Below are positions 38,438 through 47,916 of a stretch of DNA of 64,000 nt, in pieces. The stretch's first letter is position 1; each line of letters begins with the position of its first letter. The DNA is from a virus. The position numbers and the translations under genes are program-made. The DNA is taken from positions 1 through 64,000 of the IMG/VR virus record IMGVR_UViG_3300048589_001057; one strand, 5' to 3'. The notes under the pieces were generated by a model. It was given only the letters and a program-made list of their open reading frames with translations, was not told the origin of the DNA and ran no database searches.

Positions 38438-39802
38438 ATGAAACAGTTCACTTCTTTTCAAGCAGGCATTAATTCATTCCCTTTAAGCGAGGCTAGAATA
38501 GGCTTATTTAAAGCCGGTAGATATACGGGTTTTGACAGTATAATAGCTGGCCCAGCTGGGGCGGGTATCCCAATAACTTTGGGCCATTCAAGTGGGACTT
38601 TACCTTTCGTAGATTCCGATAACCTTATTGGTACTAGTCATGGGGTAGTATTAACCCCACAGGGGATAGTACTTAAAACTCCAGACACCTTTAATTTCAA
38701 TCTATCCTCCAACACTAACCTACCTATTAGGTATGATATACTGTATCTACAATATGACTGGTCAGAGGATGTAATGGGTGGGGCTTCTTTGCTGGGGGTA
38801 GTAGAGGGCACGGTATCAGGGGTAATACCGGCCCTCACTTCTCCAGCTACTCAGGTTATATTGGGGATAGTAACGGTACCAGAAGATGCCACCTTTGCTA
38901 ACCTAACCTATACCCCAGCCAGAGTCCCTCTCCCAGGTGGTGTAAACATAATAAATAATTTCCCCGAACTCGATGGAAGATACGCAAGATTAGCAGGGGG
39001 TAATCATTTCACAGGGGCTCAATCAGTTCAGGTACAAAACATTGGCTTAAACATAAGTAGCGGTAACCTTATCCTTACTGATTACTATCAAGGTAATACC
39101 TGGGTGGTTACTGGTGATAGTGTATCCACGTACCAGATATACGGGATTCTTGCCCATATATCTGGTACTAAGTTTGCTGTGGGAACCCGGTTAACTATCG
39201 TATTCAAGGCTATAGGCAACTCCCTGCTTTACCACGATACCTCTACACCAGCTGGACCTAAGTTTGACCTATCATTACTTCACCCAACAATATCTCCAGG
39301 CCAGGCTCTTAACATCAGGGCTGAACAGGTATATGAGTTTGAGCAAATGTCAACTGATAGGTGGGTATTAACTAATGCCGCCTCATTCATTACATCTAGT
39401 ATACAAACTCTAACCAATTCTGTATATCTATTACAACAATCTACTTATAAAAGTGGGGGTATAATAGACAGAGAGTTTGGAGTAACTTTATCAAACTTAG
39501 ACTATGAGCCATATGTCTTAAAAATTAATGGTATAGTCTATGTCCAGGTTTCCGTGGTATATGATGTTACGGTAGCACCTCCTAATGCTACTCCAATAGG
39601 GGTTGTCCCCGTAGGTTTTAGGCCATTATGGGAAGTACAGGGATTCGCTAAAGGTGAGACTTCCATGAATGAGTATATATTAATTGAGTATACCATTAAT
39701 CATACTGATGGCATACTCAAGGTTATCAATCGTACCTCAATAAATGACACTGGCCCAATAACCATACAATTCAATACCTCTTACCCATCAGTGGGATACT
39801 AA
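38438..39802 (+). CDS. tail fibre protein
   Basis: Last gene of the tail module; RYDILY...Y N-domain, YARLAGGNHFTG, C-terminal P.GFRP. Confidence 0.7.
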   Translation: MKQFTSFQAGINSFPLSEARIGLFKAGRYTGFDSIIAGPAGAGIPITLGHSSGTLPFVDSDNLIGTSHGVVLTPQGIVLKTPDTFNFNLSSNTNLPIRYDILYLQYDWSEDVMGGASLLGVVEGTVSGVIPALTSPATQVILGIVTVPEDATFANLTYTPARVPLPGGVNIINNFPELDGRYARLAGGNHFTGAQSVQVQNIGLNISSGNLILTDYYQGNTWVVTGDSVSTYQIYGILAHISGTKFAVGTRLTIVFKAIGNSLLYHDTSTPAGPKFDLSLLHPTISPGQALNIRAEQVYEFEQMSTDRWVLTNAASFITSSIQTLTNSVYLLQQSTYKSGGIIDREFGVTLSNLDYEPYVLKINGIVYVQVSVVYDVTVAPPNATPIGVVPVGFRPLWEVQGFAKGETSMNEYILIEYTINHTDGILKVINRTSINDTGPITIQFNTSYPSVGY

Positions 39803-39815
39803 CTTAAAACACAAA

Positions 39816-39839
39816 AATGCCCGGGAAAACCCGGGCATT
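39816..39839. terminator. hairpin between convergent genes, probable terminator
   Basis: AATGCCCGGG-AAAA-CCCGGGCATT. Confidence 0.75.
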
Positions 39840-39845
39840 AATGTG

Positions 39846-40481
39846 TTAGGATAAAGCTAACTCCTTAAAATTTTCTCTGGCCATATCAATGGCTTGCTTA
39901 ATCTCATTTCTGATATCCCTGATAAGATTACGGTTACTCGGGGTTACCTCTTCACCCAGGAATTGCAATATCAAATCCCCAGGTATCCTAGAATCTCGAT
40001 TCTTAAGTTTGGATAAAATAAAGAGGGGTGGATTTAATTGGATTTGAAGCAATTCCCAAGCTTCCCGGGAAAGAGTTTTTTGTAGGAATTCCATTGCTAG
40101 ATTAAAAAGTAATTCCTGGTTATCATCCCGATAATCCTCAGTGATATTAAACATAGATAGGTCTTCCAAATTAATGGTGTTAAGAGCAATAGCATTGTTA
40201 GCTTGATAGGATCTCCTTAATACCTTAAGCTTAAAGGTTTTTAAAGAGTTAATAATATAACCAAGTAATACCTGGTTATCCAGTTTACCAAAGTACTTGT
40301 TGAAAACAAAAATAAATTTGTCATCAAACCAACTTCGAAGTTCATCTTTGGTAACTCCAAAGCGGGACTCATCTATTTGGTAGATTAGTGATTCCCTTAG
40401 GTTGTGGGTTTTTTTGTAGAGTTCATTGAAGAGGGCTTGGTCATAGCCTTCTTGCATGGGGGTTAATCGATGAAGTTCCAT
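39846..40481 (-). CDS. putative sigma-factor-like transcription regulator
   Basis: Region-2-like pattern (LFNELYKK...DELRSWF...GYIINSL); stand-alone gene with a host-type promoter. Confidence 0.45.
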   Translation of the reverse strand: MELHRLTPMQEGYDQALFNELYKKTHNLRESLIYQIDESRFGVTKDELRSWFDDKFIFVFNKYFGKLDNQVLLGYIINSLKTFKLKVLRRSYQANNAIALNTINLEDLSMFNITEDYRDDNQELLFNLAMEFLQKTLSREAWELLQIQLNPPLFILSKLKNRDSRIPGDLILQFLGEEVTPSNRNLIRDIRNEIKQAIDMARENFKELALS

Positions 40482-40508
40482 GTTTTGGGAGGATTTAGGT
40501 TGTAACTA

Positions 40509-40530
40509 TTAATTAATAATGCAAATATAA
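40509..40530 (-). promoter_or_regulatory. Bacteroidota sigmaA-type promoter (-7 TAnnTTTG)
   Basis: Minus strand TTATATTTGCATTATTAATTAA, identical to 63936-63957. Confidence 0.7.
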
Positions 40531-40612
40531 ATAAATAAATGCATAAAATATACCCCATAGTAAAAAAGTTATTAACAAAGGCCTTAGTTAATATACTTAA
40601 AGCACTTGGTAA

Positions 40613-40626
40613 ACTATTAATAATTA
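40613..40626 (+). promoter_or_regulatory. phage promoter-like motif (1 mismatch)
   Basis: ACTATTAATAATTA upstream of the helicase ATG. Confidence 0.6.
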
Positions 40627-40638
40627 ATACTTTGGACT

Positions 40639-42030
40639 ATGGTTAAAGAAAAATTTACCTTTACCCCTGAATGGCAACTAGACTTGATCAACTATATTAC
40701 CTTAGACAGGGATGGGGCTAAAGCTTTAGAATTGATTATACCCGATTACTTTACTTTATTAGACCATGCCATCATAGTTCAAGCTTTGAAGGATTTCTAT
40801 AAAGTAGAGAAGAGGGTTCCCGGAAAAACCTTTTTAAAAGAGGAAGTACTTAAACTCCTAAGAACCCAGGACTACGTAAATACTTTTAATACCCAAGAGA
40901 AAAAGGATATCATAGATATCATCAATCACCTATACCAACCCATCAGGGATGGGGATATCATTCTGAGGGATACTGCCAAGTGGGCTTCTTATGTGGAATT
41001 AAAATCCGAGATTGAATCGGTTAACCTAATGAACTTCGAGGAGCATCAAGCTTTTTCTTCTCGGGTAATGAAAGCCATAAGTATAGGCAATCTACAGAAC
41101 CAATCCGCTACCGGGACTTTTCTTATCAAAGATATTGAGGAGAGACAACTTGCTAGGGCTAGTAATGAGATAGTCATCCCAACTCCTTTCCGACAAATTA
41201 ATAGGTTAACTAATGCTGGTGGGTACGAAAAGGGCAGTATCATAGTAATTCTGGATAGGCCTAAGAAAGCTAAGACAACTGTACTGGTGAATGTTGCTAA
41301 GGGCTACCTGAAGAGGAAAAAGAAAATATTTGTAGTTGACTTGGAGAATGGCCAAGACAGCTTAGCAATGAGGTTTGAGCAGTCTGTAGCTGGCATCTCT
41401 AAGTCAGAACTACTCTCCTCTAAGTATGATAAGTATGTAAAGAAGGTATTACGAAAATACCGTAGGCTAGGGGGAGAAATCTACATCCGAAGATTTCCAG
41501 CTTTCACCACAACTACCGCCCACCTGCAAGCTGAGATGGACTTAATGTACCAACTTCATGGTATAGTATTCACCGACCTGATTATTGATTATCCTGGTCT
41601 AATGGGGTCAATGTCGAAGAAGTCAGATGATACAGAGAGGATATCTGATGTATACGTGGACCTCACTAACCTCATCCTGGCTAATGGTATTGACCATACC
41701 TGGGTTGCCCACCATGTAGTAAGGGCTGCTGAGAAACGCATGGCCACAGTATACCAAGAAAATGATATCGCCAAATGTATTGATATAGTCAGGCACGTAC
41801 ATGCCCTTTATGGCTTAAACCGTAATGAAAGGGAAGAGGAAGAGGGGATATTGAGGATGGAGTTAATAGCTCAAAGGGATGGTCTCCCTCATGGAAGAGC
41901 CCTATTTAATTCCGACCTTACTACCCAAAGGGTGGATGAAATGACCAATGAGGAAGTAAGGAATTACCACCAGGTGAATGAGGAGTTAATTAAGAATATT
42001 GAAGAAGGCCAATATAAGGGGGATATGTAA
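40639..42030 (+). CDS. replicative DnaB-like (SF4) helicase
   Basis: IPTPF..IN....GG, Walker A variant DRPKKAKTT, DLEN, IIDYPGLM, RDG. Confidence 0.85.
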   Translation: MVKEKFTFTPEWQLDLINYITLDRDGAKALELIIPDYFTLLDHAIIVQALKDFYKVEKRVPGKTFLKEEVLKLLRTQDYVNTFNTQEKKDIIDIINHLYQPIRDGDIILRDTAKWASYVELKSEIESVNLMNFEEHQAFSSRVMKAISIGNLQNQSATGTFLIKDIEERQLARASNEIVIPTPFRQINRLTNAGGYEKGSIIVILDRPKKAKTTVLVNVAKGYLKRKKKIFVVDLENGQDSLAMRFEQSVAGISKSELLSSKYDKYVKKVLRKYRRLGGEIYIRRFPAFTTTTAHLQAEMDLMYQLHGIVFTDLIIDYPGLMGSMSKKSDDTERISDVYVDLTNLILANGIDHTWVAHHVVRAAEKRMATVYQENDIAKCIDIVRHVHALYGLNRNEREEEEGILRMELIAQRDGLPHGRALFNSDLTTQRVDEMTNEEVRNYHQVNEELIKNIEEGQYKGDM

Positions 42031-42987
42031 ATGACTATAAAAGACAACCTACTAAACTACTTCATCAATCGCTGGGGTATGTATGAATATACTCGGGGTT
42101 GGCTAAAAGGCGACTGTCCCTATTGTGGTAGAGAGGATAAATTTGGGGTACATATTGGACAAAATCGGTCACATTGTTTTGTATGTGATGGTGGGGAAAG
42201 GCCCCTAAAGGTTGTGGCTAGGATTGAGAAAGTCAATATCAAGGAGGCTTTAAAGTTAATCGGTACTTTCGAGGGGCTTAAGTTTAAGGAAAGCGAAGTA
42301 GTTGAGTACGAGAAGAAGCCTGTTATCCTACCCGAGGGTTTTGTACCCTTAAATTTAGGTCAAGGGCAATTGGGTAAATCCGCTAGAGCCTACATAGTTA
42401 ATAAAAGGAAGCTAGACCCCCAAGTATTAGCCAGTAAGGGTTTTGGTTATTGCGAATCAGGGCCTCTATTTGGGTATATTATTATGCCCTACTATATCCG
42501 GGGAGTTTTAGTATATTATCAAACTCGTAACTTCATGGGTACTGGCCCTAAATTTAATAATCCTAAGATAGAGGATTTTGGGATAGGCAAAAGCTCCCTG
42601 ATATATAACCAGGATAGCTTATGGGTGTATAAAAGTACTCATATAGTGGAGTCCATATTCAATGCCGAAACTATCGGAGATAATGCCATAGCTATAGCTG
42701 GGAAATCCCTATCTAATATCCAGTGGTCTACCATAGTTTCCTCACCAGTGGAACGTATCACCATTGCACTAGATCCAGATGCCTTTTATACTAAGGCTTT
42801 ACCCCTGGCTTTCAGTTTAATCCCCCATAAACAAGTAAAATTACTTAGACTACCAAATAATCAAGATGTTAATTCAATAGGAAGAACTAGCACTATGCAA
42901 TTGAAACGCAGGGCAGCCTATTTAAGCTATGCAGAACTATTAAAAATCAAACATAATTATGAAAGAGAAGCCTACTATGAAACGTGA
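42031..42987 (+). CDS. DNA primase (Zn-finger plus TOPRIM)
   Basis: CPYC...HCFVC, VESIFNA, LDPDA, QDVN. Confidence 0.85.
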   Translation: MTIKDNLLNYFINRWGMYEYTRGWLKGDCPYCGREDKFGVHIGQNRSHCFVCDGGERPLKVVARIEKVNIKEALKLIGTFEGLKFKESEVVEYEKKPVILPEGFVPLNLGQGQLGKSARAYIVNKRKLDPQVLASKGFGYCESGPLFGYIIMPYYIRGVLVYYQTRNFMGTGPKFNNPKIEDFGIGKSSLIYNQDSLWVYKSTHIVESIFNAETIGDNAIAIAGKSLSNIQWSTIVSSPVERITIALDPDAFYTKALPLAFSLIPHKQVKLLRLPNNQDVNSIGRTSTMQLKRRAAYLSYAELLKIKHNYEREAYYET

Positions 42988-43759
42988 TCCAAGCATACAC
43001 ATAAAGCTGTCGGATTTCGAAGATATCCTTCTTAAGGTTTTACCATTCACTTTGCCTAAAGATATTCCAGGTATTGCTCGAGCAATCCTTAAATTGTCCA
43101 GGCCTCATGCTGTCAATACCCGTATGATTTCAGTAACCACTGAACGCCTGGAAAAGAAAGTAAATAAAATCCTTACTTCAACAACTAAGGATGCCGATCT
43201 TATGGCTAGAATGATTTATGCTGCAAGGATTAGGGCTAAGCATAGGGGGGTACAACAAATTAAACCCTCCACCCGTGATTGGGGGATGGTTAAAGAGATT
43301 GCCAATTTAGCCAATGCCTTTTGTATGGATTTCAACATGGGGAAAAAAGAGGGGTACTTACGGTACATAGAGTTAGCCGCCCAGAAAATGAAAAGCTTTA
43401 ACATATCCCGTATATCAAGTATGCACGAATCTATATGTAGGACTCATGAGGCTCTATTCGAGATTGCCAAGGACCCCTACCCGGAGTTTACTGAACAGGT
43501 ACATCAATACTACAGAGTGAAGGTTGCCAAGAAAACTGGTATCATTAATAACTTTAGGGGAGAGCCAGATAAATATGTGTTCTTCGTAAGGGCCTCAGCC
43601 CTAATCAAACAACTAACCGTACCAATCATACATTTCATTGATGCCCAATTCGAGGCAATGGAATACCGAAATTCAATGCCAGAACCAGCTCAGCTAATTG
43701 GGCAGAAGGCCAAAGAGAGATTAAACAAATATCTCTATGAGAGGAGTATCAGAATATGA
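42959..43759 (+). CDS. hypothetical replication-module protein
   Basis: 266-aa ORF overlapping both primase and helicase. Confidence 0.7.
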   Translation: MKEKPTMKRDPSIHIKLSDFEDILLKVLPFTLPKDIPGIARAILKLSRPHAVNTRMISVTTERLEKKVNKILTSTTKDADLMARMIYAARIRAKHRGVQQIKPSTRDWGMVKEIANLANAFCMDFNMGKKEGYLRYIELAAQKMKSFNISRISSMHESICRTHEALFEIAKDPYPEFTEQVHQYYRVKVAKKTGIINNFRGEPDKYVFFVRASALIKQLTVPIIHFIDAQFEAMEYRNSMPEPAQLIGQKAKERLNKYLYERSIRI

Positions 43760-45195
43760 TAACAATAGAATTAACTAATATTTCAATGTTCCTTTCAGGC
43801 CCTCTAAGGGTAATGAATCCCCTATATGAGGCTTTCAAATACAGGCATCCACAGGCTTTTTACCTTAAGAAAGCTATGAAAGGTAGGTATTGGGATGGGT
43901 ATGTGGAACAAATTAAACCCTCTGGTAATGCCCAGGCTGGATTACTACCTAAAGTAATTGAATATCTGGTGGATAAGAGTATACCTTATCAAATAGAGGA
44001 TAACCGAAAACCCGTAGAGCTTCAAGCTATACCAAGGCATATTCAAAAAAATTTATTAAGGCCATATCAACTGGAGGCCATAAAAGCTGTAGTTAATAAT
44101 TATGTAGGGGGAGTTTACTATCCCCGAGGCATAATCAGTGCAGCTACTAATGCTGGTAAAACTCTGATGATGGCTGGAATATTTTTGGCCTATGAAAAAG
44201 CTAAAGGCCTGATACTTCTAAGTGATAGCCATCTTTACAACCAGTTTTTGGTGGATATGCCCAAGATATTTGGGAATAAGTGGGGATATTGCCGGGGTAA
44301 AGAAATTAAATTTGGTAACATCACTGTAGCTATGGCTCAAACCCTAGTAAGACATTTACCCCAATATAAAAAAGAGCTATTTGGATTGGATGTTTTACTA
44401 GTGGATGAATGTGATTTATCTACCAGTAAGACCTATACCAAGATAATCAAGTACATTCCTAATGCCCAAGTAAGGGTGGGGTTATCCGGTACAGTGTTTA
44501 TCCGAAACCTTGCTAAGGATCGCGTAAAGAATAATACAATCATAGGCCTTTATGGCCAAGAGCTTTTCAGAATTAAAAACATAGAACTTATGGAACAGGG
44601 TTATTCAACTCCAATTGTTATTAAAATCAACCAGGGTAATTCCAGGATGGTAAGGACTAATGACTATGATGAGGAATACAAAAAGGGTATTTCTACAAAC
44701 ATAGATAGAGCAAGGGTGGCTGTAGATAGGACTAAGTTTTACTTATCCCGGGGAGTCTACCCTATACTCATAGTTTGTAAACTACATGAACATGTAGAAT
44801 TGGTTGCTGACTTATTTCAGAGGCATTTTGGGACAAAGTACAAAGTGGCTTATGTACATAATGATGTCAAAAACAAAACCCAAGTTATCGAGGAATTTAG
44901 GGTGGGAGAAATAGATATCCTAGTGTCCTCCTTATTAATAAAAAGGGGGCAGAACTTACCCCTTATCCAAGCTATCATTAATTTAGCTGGGGGGGAAGGC
45001 CCAGAGGGTCCTCTCCAGGTAATAGGTAGGGGAACTCGTACTGATGAAAGTAAGTCCAAGTTTTATTATGAGGATTTCTATGATGCTGGTCAATATCTTG
45101 AACGTCACAGTAAACGCAGGATTTCTTATTATAAAAATGAGGGCTTTAAAGTTCTCCTACTGGGTACGCTTAAAAAGCGGCCTAGAAAAAAGTAA
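43756..45195 (+). CDS. SF2 DNA helicase (UvsW-like)
   Basis: LRPYQ, ATNAGKT, DECD, GLSGT, QVIGRGTR. Confidence 0.92.
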   Translation: MITIELTNISMFLSGPLRVMNPLYEAFKYRHPQAFYLKKAMKGRYWDGYVEQIKPSGNAQAGLLPKVIEYLVDKSIPYQIEDNRKPVELQAIPRHIQKNLLRPYQLEAIKAVVNNYVGGVYYPRGIISAATNAGKTLMMAGIFLAYEKAKGLILLSDSHLYNQFLVDMPKIFGNKWGYCRGKEIKFGNITVAMAQTLVRHLPQYKKELFGLDVLLVDECDLSTSKTYTKIIKYIPNAQVRVGLSGTVFIRNLAKDRVKNNTIIGLYGQELFRIKNIELMEQGYSTPIVIKINQGNSRMVRTNDYDEEYKKGISTNIDRARVAVDRTKFYLSRGVYPILIVCKLHEHVELVADLFQRHFGTKYKVAYVHNDVKNKTQVIEEFRVGEIDILVSSLLIKRGQNLPLIQAIINLAGGEGPEGPLQVIGRGTRTDESKSKFYYEDFYDAGQYLERHSKRRISYYKNEGFKVLLLGTLKKRPRKK

Positions 45196-45206
45196 TTACT
45201 TCAAAA

Positions 45207-45220
45207 ACTATTAATAATAA
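45207..45220 (+). promoter_or_regulatory. phage promoter-like motif ACTATTAATAATAA
   Basis: Exact copy 7 nt before the ATG at 45228. Confidence 0.7.
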
Positions 45221-45227
45221 ATCCACT

Positions 45228-45608
45228 ATGGAAAATATCAAACGAGAATCCCGTGATTCTAAAATATCTCCAGAGGCTTACTTAAAACCCTTTGATGTTA
45301 CTAAATTTGGGGGAGAAGAGGATCCCTGTTTTGGGAAAGAATATGATTTAACTGCGCCAGAATGTGGGATATGTGGGGATATTGAGGCTTGCTCAATAGC
45401 ATTTATGCATAATACAACCCGGGTACGTACTCAACTTGAAGCTGAGAATAAGTACAAAGACTTAGAAGAGGCTGATATGATAAGGAAAAAACGTATAAGG
45501 GATTTCGTTAAATCCAAGAGAATGAAAGGGTGGGGTGATACCAGAATCATCACTGTCCTAAAAAGAAGATATTCACTAACCCGGGCAGCTGCCCATAATT
45601 TTTTGTAA
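45228..45608 (+). CDS. hypothetical protein with a 4-Cys metal-binding motif
   Basis: CFGKEYDLTAPECGICGDIEAC. Confidence 0.7.
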   Translation: MENIKRESRDSKISPEAYLKPFDVTKFGGEEDPCFGKEYDLTAPECGICGDIEACSIAFMHNTTRVRTQLEAENKYKDLEEADMIRKKRIRDFVKSKRMKGWGDTRIITVLKRRYSLTRAAAHNFL

Positions 45609-45610
45609 AC

Positions 45611-46399
45611 ATGGATATACGAGATGTACTTCCAGTGGAAGAAGCCCCAAAGGATTCAACCATTGAAACCATTTTTAATAAGCAAGAGGAGTTGTTATCG
45701 GCCTATCTGAATATTGAAAAGCTGGAGCCTTGGCCATATGACTTAAACTCACCTAGCCACCAGATAATTCTTAAAGATTTTATAGCTAGAGTGGTGGAGG
45801 AATTGGGGGAAGGCTATGAATCATACGAGGCTTTGGTGAATCTACATATCAATGGGCAATCAGAAAATTCCAATATGATTCCCCTGTTATTTAACTTCAG
45901 TGAGGAGTTAGCAGATGCCTTGCATTTTTTGATTGAAACTTTTATCGTTTGTGGTATAACTATAAACGATATAAGGGAATACATAATCAACCAGGCTTTC
46001 CCCAACCTAGTTAACTCCCATAATACCTATAAGCTACTGGCTGGATCGAGTTATCTCATAAAGGTTAGTCATCCTGGAATAATGCATAATCTAGGAGATC
46101 CTATTGTTGATTCCATTCTAGGGGGGAAATGGGTTGATAAATCTCAACTAAGGGAATTAGCTATACTTTCATGGGAAGTAACTTATAAGTTGCAGTTAGC
46201 CAGGAACTCTCTCAAAAATAAACCCTGGAAACAATCCCACATGGGAAGCGATAAACCCAGATTTACTAGGTACCTAATTGAATCCCTGAAGGCTTTTATT
46301 GTACTAACTAGAGCCATGGGGATTACCGAGGATGGGCTATTCCAACTTTACTCGGCCAAAAACCAAATAAACCAATTCCGCATAAGGAGTAAGTATTAA
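45611..46399 (+). CDS. all-alpha dNTP pyrophosphatase (dimeric dUTPase/dCTPase-like)
   Basis: EELGE, EELADALHF, KNKPWK, Y..KN.IN.FR....Y. Confidence 0.8.
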   Translation: MDIRDVLPVEEAPKDSTIETIFNKQEELLSAYLNIEKLEPWPYDLNSPSHQIILKDFIARVVEELGEGYESYEALVNLHINGQSENSNMIPLLFNFSEELADALHFLIETFIVCGITINDIREYIINQAFPNLVNSHNTYKLLAGSSYLIKVSHPGIMHNLGDPIVDSILGGKWVDKSQLRELAILSWEVTYKLQLARNSLKNKPWKQSHMGSDKPRFTRYLIESLKAFIVLTRAMGITEDGLFQLYSAKNQINQFRIRSKY

Positions 46400-46400
46400 T

Positions 46401-47177
46401 ATGGAAACCTTCAAGATTCTAGAATTCGCTACTTCCCAGGAAGCCTGGGAAGGTATTAATGAGTACTTCTTATTGTCCCCAGAGGATATAATCAAACGCA
46501 ATGGTACAAGCAGTAGTAGCCTACTTATTGCATATGATACCATAGTGAAGATTCGAAAACTCCGGGTGGACCCAGAATTTGACTTCAGTAGAACCTTCAA
46601 CTACAGGAAGCAAAAATGGAATACCTTAGTGAGTAATTACGTGGACTTAAATCTACTGGATTTGGTAAAGACTGAGGTACAGAAGAGGGAAGCAAAGCGG
46701 GATTCCAATTACAATATCTCCTTCCTATTTGATAACACCCATATATCCGGTAAGGGTTGTCTACTAAGTATAACTTTTTCAAGAAGGAACTATGCTGACC
46801 AGCCTACCATGATAGTTTCCATGAGGTCATCAGAAATAGTTAAGAGGCTTAATTTTGATTTTCTCTTAGTACAAAGGATAGCTGAATACGTATATGGTAC
46901 AAGAACCCATGTAGGAGCTAACTTCTACATACCAAATATGTATACAATACCTGAGGTGTCCGCTATGTATCACAAACACCGGGATTTAAAAATTCTATTC
47001 GAAGGGGTAGGAAAATTAACCCCCTTCCAATCAAGGACTTTAGCTACCATTGATAAGTTCAGGGATATTGATATTGAAAAGATATCCTATAAGATACATC
47101 AAAGAGCGGCAAAAGTATTACAAGGCCATGGGGAAGGTAAACCTTTATTGGCCAGGGATTTACAATTAACCAAGTAG
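46401..47177 (+). CDS. divergent thymidylate-synthase-fold protein
   Basis: GKGCLLSITF (catalytic Cys position) and MRSSEIVKRLNFD. Confidence 0.65.
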   Translation: METFKILEFATSQEAWEGINEYFLLSPEDIIKRNGTSSSSLLIAYDTIVKIRKLRVDPEFDFSRTFNYRKQKWNTLVSNYVDLNLLDLVKTEVQKREAKRDSNYNISFLFDNTHISGKGCLLSITFSRRNYADQPTMIVSMRSSEIVKRLNFDFLLVQRIAEYVYGTRTHVGANFYIPNMYTIPEVSAMYHKHRDLKILFEGVGKLTPFQSRTLATIDKFRDIDIEKISYKIHQRAAKVLQGHGEGKPLLARDLQLTK

Positions 47178-47191
47178 ACTATTAATAATAA
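47178..47191 (+). promoter_or_regulatory. phage promoter-like motif ACTATTAATAATAA
   Basis: Exact copy between the two TS-like genes. Confidence 0.7.
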
Positions 47192-47202
47192 ACACCCATA
47201 AA

Positions 47203-47916
47203 ATGAGAACATACCAAAATTGCTACGAACTGATCTCTGAAATTGCCAGGGAGGTTCTAGAGATGGGAATAAGGGTTCATCCAAACTCCATGCAAAATAA
47301 AGTGGTTAAGGGAGATGACAACTATTCTACTCTAGAAATCACCAATTACTCCTATTGCCTATTGAGTTTAGATAAAGTAGAATCCCTATTTACTAGTGAC
47401 CCAAGATCAAAAGATTGGGTACTGGCTGAGTTCTTAGAAAGGATCAATTCCAGGGAGGTAAACCCAGGAGATGCCTATAAAATCCGAGAAGATGTCTGGT
47501 CACAATTCTTGGTGGATGGTAAGTTTGATTACTCCTATTCAGAAAGGATGAACTTCAACAATAACCTAAATAGGTTGTTAGTGGAGGCATCCAACAACAT
47601 AGACTCCAGGCAATTAATACTGCCTATATTCCATGCTACGGATGTGGAAAACATTGGGGGATATAAGCGAGTACCATGTTCCATTTACTACCAATTCTTA
47701 ATTCGAAATGGCCAAGTGGATATAGTATATGCCCAGCGTAGTGCAGATGTATTTACTCACTTTGGCAACGATGTGTTCCTAGCTTGGAGGTTAATGGTCT
47801 ACTTTGCTACTCAATTAAAGCTAAAGCCTGGCTACCTATATCATAATATTGGCTCCCTGCACGTTTACAACAAAGACACCGAAAACTTAAGGAAATGCCT
47901 GAAAGAAAGGTTATAA
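47203..47916 (+). CDS. thymidylate synthase / dCMP hydroxymethylase-like protein
   Basis: DSRQ, VPCSIYYQFLIR, QRSADVFTHFGND, IGSLHVY. Confidence 0.88.
   Translation: MRTYQNCYELISEIAREVLEMGIRVHPNSMQNKVVKGDDNYSTLEITNYSYCLLSLDKVESLFTSDPRSKDWVLAEFLERINSREVNPGDAYKIREDVWSQFLVDGKFDYSYSERMNFNNNLNRLLVEASNNIDSRQLILPIFHATDVENIGGYKRVPCSIYYQFLIRNGQVDIVYAQRSADVFTHFGNDVFLAWRLMVYFATQLKLKPGYLYHNIGSLHVYNKDTENLRKCLKERL

Noticed and set aside
35408-39802. Second DGR target among the tail fibre genes
   Set aside because: No similarity to the TR found by eye at the 3' ends of these genes; a local alignment of the TR against the whole genome would confirm.
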